A stretch of DNA of 64,000 nucleotides from Lama glama (Eukaryota): contig CM052817.1 of assembly GCA_028534125.1 (NCBI GenBank), forward strand, positions 374,001 through 438,000, in the 5' to 3' direction. This document shows, one piece after another, positions 1-12,000 of the stretch; positions within the stretch are counted from its first letter, which is position 1; each line of letters begins with the position of its first letter. The position numbers and the translations under genes are program-made. The notes below the pieces were generated by a model. That model saw only the letters and a list, made by a program, of their open reading frames with translations. It was not told the origin of the DNA and searched no databases.

Positions 1-3000
1 TTCGTCCTGGGACCAGGACTGGGGATCTGGTACAGGAACGCAGGATGTAGGACACAGGAAAGGGGACAGGCACATGGGACATGCAGTCGGGACTCAGGAG
101 AGAGACACCCTACACAGCACAGATTCAACCTGGGACTCAGGGTCTGGGGTCGGGGACCTGCAGGCACTGGCCAGGCTGCAGAGGGCTTGCAGGGGCCTGG
201 ACCTGCCGCTGCAGAAGCTGGGGTAGGATGGAGGGGCTGGCACTGAGGGGCTGAGAGGCCAGCATCCCTAGCTGCCCTTGCCTGGACCCAGGGCACAGGC
301 TGGGCTACACTGGGACCGGCGGGCTTGTGGGAGGGGCTGCTCGGGGTGGGCACAGGGATGAGGACTCCCCCAGGGCCAAGCCTGTGCGAGGTGTCAGGCC
401 CCTGGGGTGGGCTGGGCTGGTCTGCAGGGAAGCAGCCCCTATGCCTGGCACCAGCACCTGGTGTGTCCCAGAGACCCTGCTGTGTCTGGTGGGCAGGGGC
501 CAAGGCTGCTAATCAGGTGGAGGAGTGGGGCAGGGCTGGGCCTGGCAGCTGGGGGCTCCCTCTGTGCTCGGTGCTGACCACACCCGGTGCCCGTTCTCAG
601 CTGCCCAGGCCTGGGGGACCAGACAGTCACTGGGACAGGTTCGGGGGGACAGTGTGAAGGTCCATGCAGCCATCCCCCATCCTGTCGGCCCCGCCCAAGG
701 CCTCCCCCACCTCCACGCCTGCCCCGCTGAGCTCTTTTCAGTCCTGCCTTGGGTCAGAGGCCTCCACAACCCTGACACCCCCACCGCAGGCACCCTGATC
801 TCTGCACTGTCATTGTCCATGGAAGAGAGGCTCGGCCTCCCACCCAGGCCAGCACCCTTCAGTGACCCAAGGTGGGAGCCGGTCCAGGTCCCCCAGCCTG
901 GGGACACAGGAGCACTGGAGGTAGGACCTGCCTCCCACTTGGGCTTCTCCTGTGGAGACCGCCCAGGGGGCGGCCCCTGGTGGAGCCCTGGGCCTGCCGC
1001 TTCCAACAGCTTTTTCTGGCTGTGCTGCCGGGGGTCACTTGGGGTCATGCCCAGTGGGCTCAAGAACCCACCCCCAGATGTTCCTCTGCTGGGCAGCAGC
1101 TGGCAGTGGCCTGGTGTGCCGTCCACCACAGGGCACTGCCCCCCGGGCCCAGGCCTCTCACACCCTCATCCTGGGCACCTCCGGGAGCTGGGGGCAGGGG
1201 CTCTGCCAGCACAGACTCTGCTCCAGCAGGGGGCCCTCGACACCCGCCTGCTTCTTGAGGAGCGGGCTGGTTCCTTTTGGGGGATCTTGACTCTGGCGTT
1301 TGTCTGGGGTGACAAGGCAGAGTGTTCGGTTCAGGCCTGGTGGGGTCGCAGCCAGGTCCGGGGGCTGAGCACACACATTGCCTCCCCCGCCCCCCCATCC
1401 GGGCCCAGTGCTACCCTGGCCTTGCTCCCGCCTCTCTCCTGGGCCACAGGGATTGTCTCCATCCCCCCAGAGGCTGGGCTGAGTCTGGGAGGCTGAGCTG
1501 AGAGGCAGAAAGGCAGTTCTGAGGGACCCACCAGATGCCCCACGGCCCAGTCCTGGGGAGGGCGTGCATGCCAGCCTGGCTGCACCGAGCACTCATTTAC
1601 AGGGGGAGCTCAGGAAAGGCGAACTCAGGTCCGGACCAGATGTCCATTCTACATGGTGGCTGGACTGAGACACACACTTGATCCCAAGATGGGGCGGGGG
1701 GACTAATTAAGGGTCTGCAGCAGCCCAGGTAAGGGGCTGGGTGCGAGGAGGAGGCCCCCGGCAACCAGGCAGCCGCACGCCCCACCCCCACTCCGACAGC
1801 CCAGCGGCATCTGGCCCTGGGCCGGCAGGTGGTGACAGCTGTCAACAGCTGGCCGCAGGGGCGGGCGCCAGCTTACCCTGAGTCACTGGTAGGGTGGGGA
1901 GAGGGTCTGGCTGGGACAAAGGCTGAGCCAAACTCCCTGCATCCCCAGAATGCCCTCCCTGGGCCTTGGAAGGACACTTGCAGCCTGGGAGAGCGGGACA
2001 GGCAGGGGACGTCTTGGCCCCAGTGCCCGGGCTTTGGACTCCAGAAGTCTCCACTCACCTCTGAGGGTCCCAGGGCCTGGGGGCTCTATGCAGGGAGGGC
2101 CAAGACCAGCAGCTGGGAGTCTCTGCTAGGAGGTGGAAGCCCTCCCACAGTAGTGTCCACCCTGATGGGAGGCAGTGCAGGGGGGCTGCGAGAGGGAGGC
2201 CCTGGTGAGAGTGGGTGCCCACTGTGGACACTCTCCTCCCCAAGCTCAAGGTGAGGGGTGGGCAGTGGGTCCCACCCAGACTCCTGGCCTTCCTCTGCCC
2301 AGTGGCCTTTTCGGGAACCCCTCCAGCAGGGGCAGCACTGGAGCTGCCCACTCCCTGCTGAGACCCTCCCCTCGGCCGTGCCCTGAGAACCTGGTTTGGG
2401 GTGGGTGTATATCACCGAGAGCTTGGGAGTCACCTAGCTTCGGGCAAGACCTGGTGAGCCAGGGACAGTGAGCTCTCAGTGGCTGCAGAGCACTCCCTAC
2501 CTGCCACCCGCCCTCCCTGTCTCACAGGGAGGGCACTGCCAGCCTCCCGGAGGACCCCTGTGTGGCCCAGCATCTGGCAGAAAGTGTAGCGGTCAACTGC
2601 AGAGGCTTGGCCTGGCTCTGACCCTCTGATGTAGGGGCGGGAAGGTGGGGGTCCTGGGGGTCGCTGTCCTACCCACTTTCTGGCCCTGGGCTGTAAGGAT
2701 CCAGGACCTCAGTCCCAACCCTCCCTGGGCCCTACGCAGCCTGGGCAGTGCCCCAGGCAGCACCTCCCACCAAGAGCGCACAGGCTGAGCCTCCTGGCGC
2801 TGGTGGCTTCTCTGTATCACGAGGCCTCAGGGAGCTACCCAGCCACCCCAGCCCTCACCCTCCTCATCGGCGGCACGGAGGAGAGGCACCTGGCTCAGGG
2901 GCTGGTGGGAGTCCTGGGTGACCGCATGGATAGGAGGCAACTCTGGCCTGGCCTCAGGATGCACAGAGCGGCCCAGGGGGCAGCCCAGGCGCTCAGCCTG

Positions 3001-6000
3001 GACGCAGGCCCAGCAAGGGGTGGGGCGGGCTTGGGGCGGCACCGGGCTCCGCAGAGGCAAATTCCGTGGTCCTTCACAACTTTTTCCTCTATTTTTTTCC
3101 CACTTTCTTCCAAAAGCCATCCTCTACTGTTCGTTCCTGGAGTCCCTCCAAGATCATCGGCACCGGCTCCACTCTCGGCCACAAAGCTCCTTTGACGGCG
3201 GCAGCCAGAGCTAAACCAACAGTGTGAGTGGGGGAGGGAGCGGGAGGAAGGGGGCACGCCCCAGGGCAGAGGCCTCTGGGCATCTTGAGGGGGCATGGCA
3301 GGGTGACCTGAGTCGCACTGGGACCCCAGCCCTGGGCTCAGCTCCCTCTCTGGCTGAGGACAGTGCCCCCACTCTGCCATCCCTGCATCTCTGGGCTCCT
3401 GTGGCTGAGGTGCAGACGTTGTCAGGGACTGCTTTGAGCCGCCCACCAGCCCCATGGTTCTGGGGGACGACTTGGAGCACATCCCTGCTCTGTCAGAGTG
3501 TCCTGAGGGAGGTGCCAGCCAGGCAGGACTAGGCTGCCTGCTGGGAGGGCTGCAGCCACAGGAACCTGGGCCCGACTGGAAAATGGGATGGCATTTGCCT
3601 TGGACTGTCTGTCCCATGCCAGTGTCCCCATCTGTGGGCTCTGGAGGGCTGGGGCTCTGGGCCCACACCTGCACACACTGGCATTCAATAAATGCTTGGT
3701 GGGAGGGGCTGCTGGAGGCAGAATTCGGGCTGCCATTCCTCTGCCTCTTCCCTGCCCTCTTGGAAACCAAGAGGCCTGGCCCCTTGTGCCCCCCGAAGCC
3801 AGCACTGAGCATTGGGCATCCCCTGGTGCCTGGTGACAGGGGAGGCCTGGCAAAGGACAGACAGTGGGAGGTGTTTGCTCTGGACCAGCAGGGTGGACAG
3901 CCTGATGGTGGGCGTCCCAGGACATGGGGGGCCTGGGTTGGGCAGGAGCTGGGGCTGGTGGCAGGAGGTGTCTCCATAGAAGGTTCAGGGCCGGCACGGC
4001 TGAGGCCCCCCCACCCCCGGCTTCTGCCGCTGGACTTGCAGAGCTGGAAGGGAGGGCAGAGGGCCAGCTTGGCCTGGAATGGGCTCCCAGGTTCCCGGCC
4101 TGTGGCTGGGGCCCTCTGCCGTCTGCTCACTGAGCCCTCGCAGGTTGGCTGGAGGAGCCTTTCTTGGCTACAAACACAAACGTCGCCCCGGGGGCCCGGC
4201 AGGGGCAGCAGGGGCCGTGGAGCAGGCCCAGAACGAGGCACAATCCACCCTTTGTTCCTGCGCCGCCTGGAGCCTGCGGGCCAAGAGGAAATGAGGGGGG
4301 GCGCCAGCCAGCAGCCCTGGCCGCCAGGGCCCCCGCGGACGCCAGGCCCGGCCTGGCCAAGGAGACAGAGGGGTTCGCTCCCGGGAGGGGCCCGGTGGGC
4401 ACAGCTGGGCGTCCAGGAGGGGTAGCGGGTCCCAGGAATATGGGCCTGGAAACCCACACCCCGTCGCCTACCCTGCATGCTCCTCCGGGAGCCCTCAGCC
4501 ATGGCCCTGCCCCCGCACCCTCGTTTGGTGACCTCAGCCTGAGCACAGGTCTTGGGCAGCCCTGGGTAGCCCTGGGCATCCCCTACTCCAGGCTGAGAAT
4601 GGCCTGTCTGTGGTCTCTCACCCCACACTCCTTTCTCTCCTTCTCTTCTGGCCCCAGACAAGCACTGAGGGTGGATGGTGGGGGCAAGGTCTGGCTGGCT
4701 GGGGGGCTGGCCCATAACCTACCGTGCTCCTCGACACTCCCCAGAGCCCTCATGGGGTCTGTGGTCCATCCTTGGAGCAGCCAAGCTTGTCCCTTCACCC
4801 CAGGGCTGGAGAGTGGGTGGTTTAGCAGAACCCACCTGGGAGCACTGTCCTCTCTGCCAGTCCCATCCAGGGCAGCCGGGGGCTGCGGATGGGGGTGCAC
4901 GGTGCACATGAGTGCGTGTGAACACCTGAGTGTGCATACACGTGGGTTTATGCATGTGCACATGGACATGTGTGAGTGTGCATGAGGGTGTGGAGGGCTT
5001 GAGACCCCTTCTTCCATCCCCCCACCACACCTTCCTTGACTCCAGGCGACCTTCCCCGAGGGGCCTGGGGCAGGACCCGTGGGGCCAGAGGGCTCTCCCC
5101 TGGGGCTCAGCAGGCTGGGAGGGGCCGGGCTGCCTGGTGTCTCCCTCCTGGATGCGTTTCAGGCCTGCATGAGTCTGTGCTAGGGCTGAGAGGTGAACTC
5201 TGCAGCTCCTTCGTCACTCTGAGATCTGCATCTCCCCTGGGAAGGGCTGACTCTGCCCTGCGGGGCGCCCGGTGGGGATGCCACCAGGCCGGACACACAG
5301 CAGGTTTCCTCCTGGGGACTGGAGCCTGGCCTGGAAGTCCCACCGGGGATCCAGCAGCTCACGGGTCACCTGGCAGGAGCACCTGGGGGTGACTCCCACT
5401 GGGGCCTTGGTGCCCACCCTCCGCTCAGGTCTGGTGCTGGACCCTCTGGGATGGCCTGAGGCCTAAAGCTCACCCAGGGTGGGAAGACCCTGGAGGGCAG
5501 GGGGCTGTTGCCGTATCCCTGAGACCCAGTCTCGGCCACCTAGCAGGAAGGGATCTGCCGTGACCCAGCAGTGCTGGTGAACCAGAGTGCCCTCAGGGCA
5601 AGGAGAGGGACTCTGAGGCCTGGAACCTGCGAGGGGCCAGGGCTCCCCACCTGGGGACGCGTGTGCACACAGGCATGCGTGTGTGGATTGGCTGTCCCAG
5701 CAGTCACTCACCAGGGGCTGCACAGACCCACAGACAAGACGGGAGGCGGGGCTCCTTCCTGGGCGTGGGTGGAGGGGCTCTGGCGTCTGCGCCCTGCTTG
5801 CCCAGGCCCACCTCCAGCCTTCCTGGCAGCTGCCGGCCCTGCAGCCCGTGGCCGTGGGGCAGTTTGTATGGAACTCTGAGGCTCCAACCCCGCGGCCCAC
5901 TCCCCCCGCACCAGGAAGGGGCTCCACCTCTGGTGTCGCCATGCCCCCAGCCCCCCAGCTTTGCCCTGGCTCCCTCAACTGTCGGTCTGCTGGACTCCCT

Positions 6001-9000
6001 ACTGACTTCCTGCTGGCCACTAAGAGCTCTCCTGGATGGGCTGGGGCCCGAGGCATCCTGCGGGAGGCTGGCAGCAAACACCTGGACGGTCTCTCAGCCC
6101 TGCTGGCCCCAGGGCAGGGGTCCCAGCCCGCCCCACCCTCTCTGGCCCGAGGTCAAGAGGAGGCTGGGCTCTGTGAGGGCAGCTGGGCCTGAGGTCCCTG
6201 GCCCCTGGCAGGGCTGACCTCCTGTAGCCCTCAGGCCCCAGTGAGGCCCCAGCCCACCCTCTGCCCAGCACCCAGTGCCCCTCTGGGAGGCTGTCAGAGC
6301 CAAGGGAGTGAGACACGGGGGTGCTGTCCCACGGCTGTCCCTCCAGTCCGACAGCACCTCCCACAGTGACGGCCCCTCCTGCAGCCCAGGCTGCACACTC
6401 AGGACCAAGCGGCGTGGGAGCTGCCACCCACCCTGGCGGCTCCCAGGAGCCCCTGCTCTCCCGGACGCCCAGCAGGGGACTGAGAGCAGGTTTCCCTTGG
6501 GCAGGGAGGGACAAACCACGAAGAGGGATGAATGTTCACACTACAGGATGGACCGTGTTGCCGAGGGGATGGCGGGGGATGGCGGGCGGGCAGCAGGGTC
6601 AGGTGTTCTGGAGGGAGCCCCAGACCCTCCCTCATGGGAGGTGGTGGTACAGGCACTTGCCTTGTCCCTCTGGGCCTGGAGGGACCCTCAGCTTAGGAGG
6701 GGAGCCTGAGGGGAGCCCCCGTGCCTGCCTCCAGGGTGGCCCTTCCCTGCCAGGGGCGGAGGGCGGTTTGCTGTCCACCGGGGAAGAGGCCGCTGTGGAG
6801 GGGACCTGCCTCTGCCCGGCCAGCTCCTCAGCACCAGGGACCCAAGGGACCTGCAGGTGTGCGCAGGTGTGTCTCGCCCAAGGGGCCCGTCCTCTAGGAC
6901 ACATCTGCGTCAGGGGCCTAAAGCTCGGCGTCTAGGGCAGGTGGGAGACATGCCCCCTGTGGTGTGGGGGAAGGAGGCTGGGCCCCCACTGTTTCCTATT
7001 GTGAGCATGGGTGAAGCCAGCCACCACGGCACCATCATGGGAAACTTCCCTGAGTCTGCCAGTGCCAGCCACCGGGGTGCTGGGAGGCCCCACCCCACAA
7101 ACAGCTAAAATGCACTGCTGGACGCTGCCTCCTGGGGCCTGGGAGCTGTGAAGCCAATGACACCATCCCCGTTTTTGTTGCTTAAGCCGACACAGGGGGA
7201 GGTGGCTGCTCTTCTGAGGACAAGAAGTGGGTGCAGATGGGCCCAGCCTGAGTGACCTGGGAAGGGTGAGCCAGAACAGCGGCCTGCTGGTCCAGGGAGT
7301 CGTGTCCTTGAGGGCGCTGGGCTGCCAGGAGCCAAGTGCCTGCGGGCAGCCGCTCACACCCCTGGCGCCTGGCTGGGTGCAGGTGCACCTGGGGTCTGAG
7401 GGAAGCAGAGGCAGCAGGGCGAGGGGAGGGAGCATAGCTCGCTCAGCCGTAGGGCCCTCAGGGCCTCCTCCGGGCTCTCCAGCTCCCTCCTGCACACGGG
7501 CCAGCAGCCCTGCCGTCCCAGTCACCGCAGGGTTGACGGGGGAGGGCAGGCGCCAGGCGGACCATCCCCGGGGGTGCAGGAGCTGGGTCGGCATGGCCCT
7601 AGCAGAGTGGAGTGAGCGAGCGCAAGCGGGCGCTGGTCTCACGTGCCGAAGGGGTGAGTGGGAACGGTTCTGGGCTCCTGTTACAGTTTCCACTGGAAAA
7701 ACAGCCTCGTTTTGAAAAATGGCTCTGAGCTTTTAAAAAATTACAAATATATCCAGTTTCCTGAGGCCAAGGGAGGCCTGGTAGAGGGCCAGGCGGGCAG
7801 GGCTGATCTGCAGTTCTGCCGGGGCACCTCCATCGGCAGGGCCCAGGGACACTGGAGGTGCAGGCCCAGGTCCAGGGACGTGGGCAACCAAGGCCAGTGG
7901 GGCCCGGAGTTGGAGAGAGCTGTCACAGAGGGGTTCTCTATCCCAGGTGGTCATCCACCAGCCTCAGGCCTCGAGTCAGGGGGTGCTGCTCTCAGTCCAA
8001 GTGTGCCTGGACGACCCAGCCAGGACAAGGCCTCTCCAGCAGGACAGGAGGAACTGGCTGCAAATCCGGCATCTGGGCTCTGCAGGTGCAGGGTGGCGGG
8101 GTTGCTCTGGGAGCTGTCCTGTCCCCTGGTGCTGCGGTTGTGTGTGCAGGGGCTGGGCTTGGTGCGCACACGTGAATGTGTGTGCATCTGTGCACGTATG
8201 AGCGTGTATTCAGGGTAAGCCTGGACACGTCCCTAGCCTCCCCTACACTCAGGGGTCAGGGCAGGGGTCAGGGCAGGGCTCAGGCCTCCAGTGCGCCTGG
8301 CACAACAGGGAAACCAGGTTTCTAGGGAGGAGGCAGAGGTCTTGAGTTTCCTCCATCTGCTGCCCTGGTTACCTGTGGCTCTCCAAGCCAGGTGCCCCCG
8401 GCCAGGGGTGAGGGCTGTGCCCACCAGCCCAGCGCAGGTCCCGCTCCATCTGGCCTGTTTCCTCTGGAACGCAGGAACATTCTTGGTACAGCAGATGGCA
8501 GAAGTGCCCACTGGGTAAACTGGGACCCCTGCGTCAACAGGCTGCATCCCCAGGCTCACTGAAGGCTCTCTCTGATGCCAAGAACAACTGGAAATGCTTC
8601 CAAGGACTGGATTCAAGCTCTTTGCACTGGGAAGTGGGGCTGCCCTGTGTCGGGTAGAAAGCTGGCGGCTCCGGCCTGCACACCTGACGGCTGCCTGTGT
8701 GACGAGCCCGCCCAGCCGGGTCGTTGTGGACAGGAAGCCGGCCTGGGCGTAAGGCCTTGGCCTCCAGTGGCAGGTCCTCTGGGCTCGGGCTGGAGGTGGT
8801 TCCAGGAGGCCAGGCGCTGGCCCACTTGCACAGCCAGCCGAGGCCCACCTTGCTTTTGGATCTGGCCTTGCTGCATGCCCCCCCGTGGAGGCTGTGATCC
8901 TGTAGGGGATTCCAGACGCCATGGTAACCCCAGCTCCTCCCCACGGTGGGGGACCAGCAGACAGGCCTCAGGGGGCCCCCAGCACCGCGTCACGCACCAG

Positions 9001-12000
9001 GAAGCTACTTCTGTGTGTCCTCACAAGGGGAACAGGATGCCCTCTTGGTTTATGCTCAGAAGGGCCCACAGCTCCCACGACGTGCCTCCCTCGGAGCTGC
9101 CAACTCCAGGCTCAACAGAAAAGAAAACACAGTCTGTGGCAAGGGTGCCCGCCCCACCCCTGTGGGGCTGCGCTCCCCACTCGCCAGCCCGGGGCCCTGG
9201 CTCGGGAAAGTCCCGAGGCAGAGGGTTTTCCTGCCAAATGCCAGTCTAAGATGTAAAAACGCAAAGACCCGCAGAAGTGTAAGTGAGAACGAGGTGCCCA
9301 GAGGCATCGGCGTGGGAGGAAGTTCCGAAAGGGTGCTGTGACCACCAGCCTGGGGGATGCACCGGGGGCCTCGCCCAGGGGTCCTACTCACCCCACCAGG
9401 CTCCCTGCCTGCGGCCTGAGGCCGGAGACAGGACCCAGGACCGGGTCACCTGGGGCCAGAAGCAGCAGCTGCCGCGGAAGACCACAGCCCCCAGGACGGG
9501 GTACGCACGACCCCCAGCTGGGGCGGGGCAGTAGGTCCCCCTCCCAGCCTCCCCACCACGTTCCTGCCGACACGCGTGCAAGCGTCCACGCTCTCATCTC
9601 GTCGCCCGCATCCCTCCGTCCGCCCGCACAGGGGTCCAGGCACCTTCTGGGATCTGACAGCGTCACGGGGCCCTGGAGCAGGAAGGGGCTTGCCAGAGAG
9701 GGTCCCAAAGGCGCCGGAGTCAGCCAGGGCAGGACAGAGCCACCACCCTGGCCCCTTCACAGGTGGTGCCTCTGGCTGGAGCCTGTCCGAGGGCCGCACC
9801 GGAGGCCCCCACTGCTTCTGGACGAGAGCAAGGGCGCCTCACTCCCGCACTCTCCACCCTCCCAGATCAGCCCCCCACTGCAGGGGCTCGAGTCACCCCA
9901 ATGACACTAGCCTGGTGGCCACACGCCGACTCATGCTCACCCTGTCGCTGGCCCGGTGTCCCGGGGGAGTGGCGTGGGGGTGAGGAGGCCCGGCAGGAGG
10001 GGCAGCGCTGGTGCCTGGGTCTGGTCGGCTCGGTGTGGCGTCCCCTTGCGCTCCTGCCAGGACCAAGCCTGGCCTCTCTCACCCAGCGTTCTGTGCCCTC
10101 GAGTGCCCTAAGCTCCAACTCCCTGGGTGTCGCCCCTGCCCATGGCCCCACGCTCTGTGGGATCAAGGCCGTGTGTCCATGTTTCCGTGACTGGAGGAAA
10201 CATGTTTCCTGAAAATGGCTTTGTGAGGCTCTAGAGGCGGTGACCCGTTACGGAATTCTTCCCACCCCCCCTGTGCTTCTGCAGCTGCGAAATTTCCCTT
10301 CCTCCAATGCTCTGAGGGTCCGGGCACCCACTCCTCCTGTGAGGGGCATGTGAGGCACCCCCCGCCCACCAGCACCCAGCCTCTGAGGACACACCAGGCC
10401 TCGCCGCGGGGCAGGGTGCTCCTGGCCTGGGCATGCCAGTGCCGGACGCAGCTCTGGGCAGTCCTAGGGGCCAGGCCTGTGCCTGGCCCACATGTCAGCT
10501 GGGAGGGGGCAATCTGGGGAGACACCCTGGAGTCTCAGTGGGGTTCCTGAGCCCCAAGCCTGCTGCTGACCCTTCCAGGGCTGGGGTGCCCTGTCTCTGG
10601 GGCACAGAACCGTAGCAGGTCAGCTCCACCATCAGGTGGGGCAGGTTCCGGGCTCTGGGTCTGCACAGCCTCCATGGAGCCCGGACGGGCCTCGCTGTCT
10701 GCTGCTCAGGACGGTGCCCAAGCTGCCCAGTGTAGCCTGAGTCCTGCACTGCGAGTGTTGTTGTGGCCACCCGGCGTGTTTCTGTCTGACAAATAATGCC
10801 GTCAGGGAGCGTGTTTGGGGTTCCTCAGGTCTGGCAGGCTCTTTTGAAGTAATTTTCCAAATGAAGATTATGGTGATTGAAATACACTTGGAAAGATGAG
10901 GAGAGATTACCCACCCCATCCCACGTGCAGCCTCACAGGGACCCCTGCTGCCTCGGGAATCTGCCAGCCCTCGTCCCGCGGCTTCACCCACCCTGCGCTG
11001 ACCCTGAGCACGCCGGACTTGCAGCCACTCTCCCTGTTGGGCTCCTGGGAGGCAGCTGTGTGTGCTGTCCTGAGCCTCAGGCCCCACCCAGTGCCCAGGT
11101 CCTGGGCTGTGGGCACAGCCAGCCCTGTGTCCCATGATTCCAGCAGGCAGAGCAGTGACCACTAGCAACACGTGGCCTGCCTTCCCTGGAAACAGCATCA
11201 CGCTAACTCCCATTGCTGTAGTCAGTGCTCACTCGCTGGGGCAGCTCCTGTGGGACCCCCGGTGCTGAGAGAAAATGTCCCCACTCCCAGAAGAGGTGGG
11301 AACTGCCTGTTGTCCGGCCCCTGGGCCCACGGGAGCTGCTGGCCGGCCAGTGACCAAGGGCAGGGATGTCACTGGGATCCTGGGGCTGTCCTTCAGCAGC
11401 AGCATGTCCCACGTGAGATCAAATTTTGGACATGTTCTCGGACATGAGCTGGGAGCCGGTAGCACAGCAGGCCACCAGACAGGAGAAGCCCTGAGTTGCT
11501 CATCACTGTGTCCAGAGAGAAAAACTGGGAATTAAATGAGGCTGGGAAAAGAAACCCTGAGAGAGGAAGTCCTGGAAGGGGCCAAGGGCCAGCGTGTCAT
11601 TTGCACACGTCCTGCAGGTTCACGTGTATCCTGAGTAGCTGGGGGACATGGTCCCCGCCGGTCGCTGCTGCAGCAGACCTCAGAGCCGGCTCAGGGCATG
11701 CGCTCCACTGTCACCCTTGGGGGGACCCCTGCCCCACAACCACGGGCTGGCTGGCTGGCTGCCTCCTTGGCCCCACTGCTCACGTCCTCCCACCCTGGGC
11801 ATGCCTTCTGTGATGGGGTGCCATGGAGGTGGGGACCTGGGACCCCAGGTGGCTGAGAAGCTGAGGGCTCCTGAAGTTTCTCCAAACCAGGCTGGGCACA
11901 GCCTGCCAGCCAGGTGGTCTCTGGGGCAGCAGGGACCCCACCCTGCTCCCTCGTCCAAGCTGAGCTCAGATAACACCCCACCTCGTGGGCCAAGCTGACC

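Noticed and set aside
2895..4715. 606-aa ORF and the many overlapping 200-320 aa ORFs in 1-14 kb
   Set aside because: P/G/A/R/S-rich, open in several frames on both strands, with no domain motifs; expected from stop-codon scarcity at high GC
4900..4990. CA/TG-rich tract resembling the FGFRL1 His-rich tail
   Set aside because: No FGFRL1 Ig, TM or tyrosine-motif exons nearby; simple low-complexity sequence
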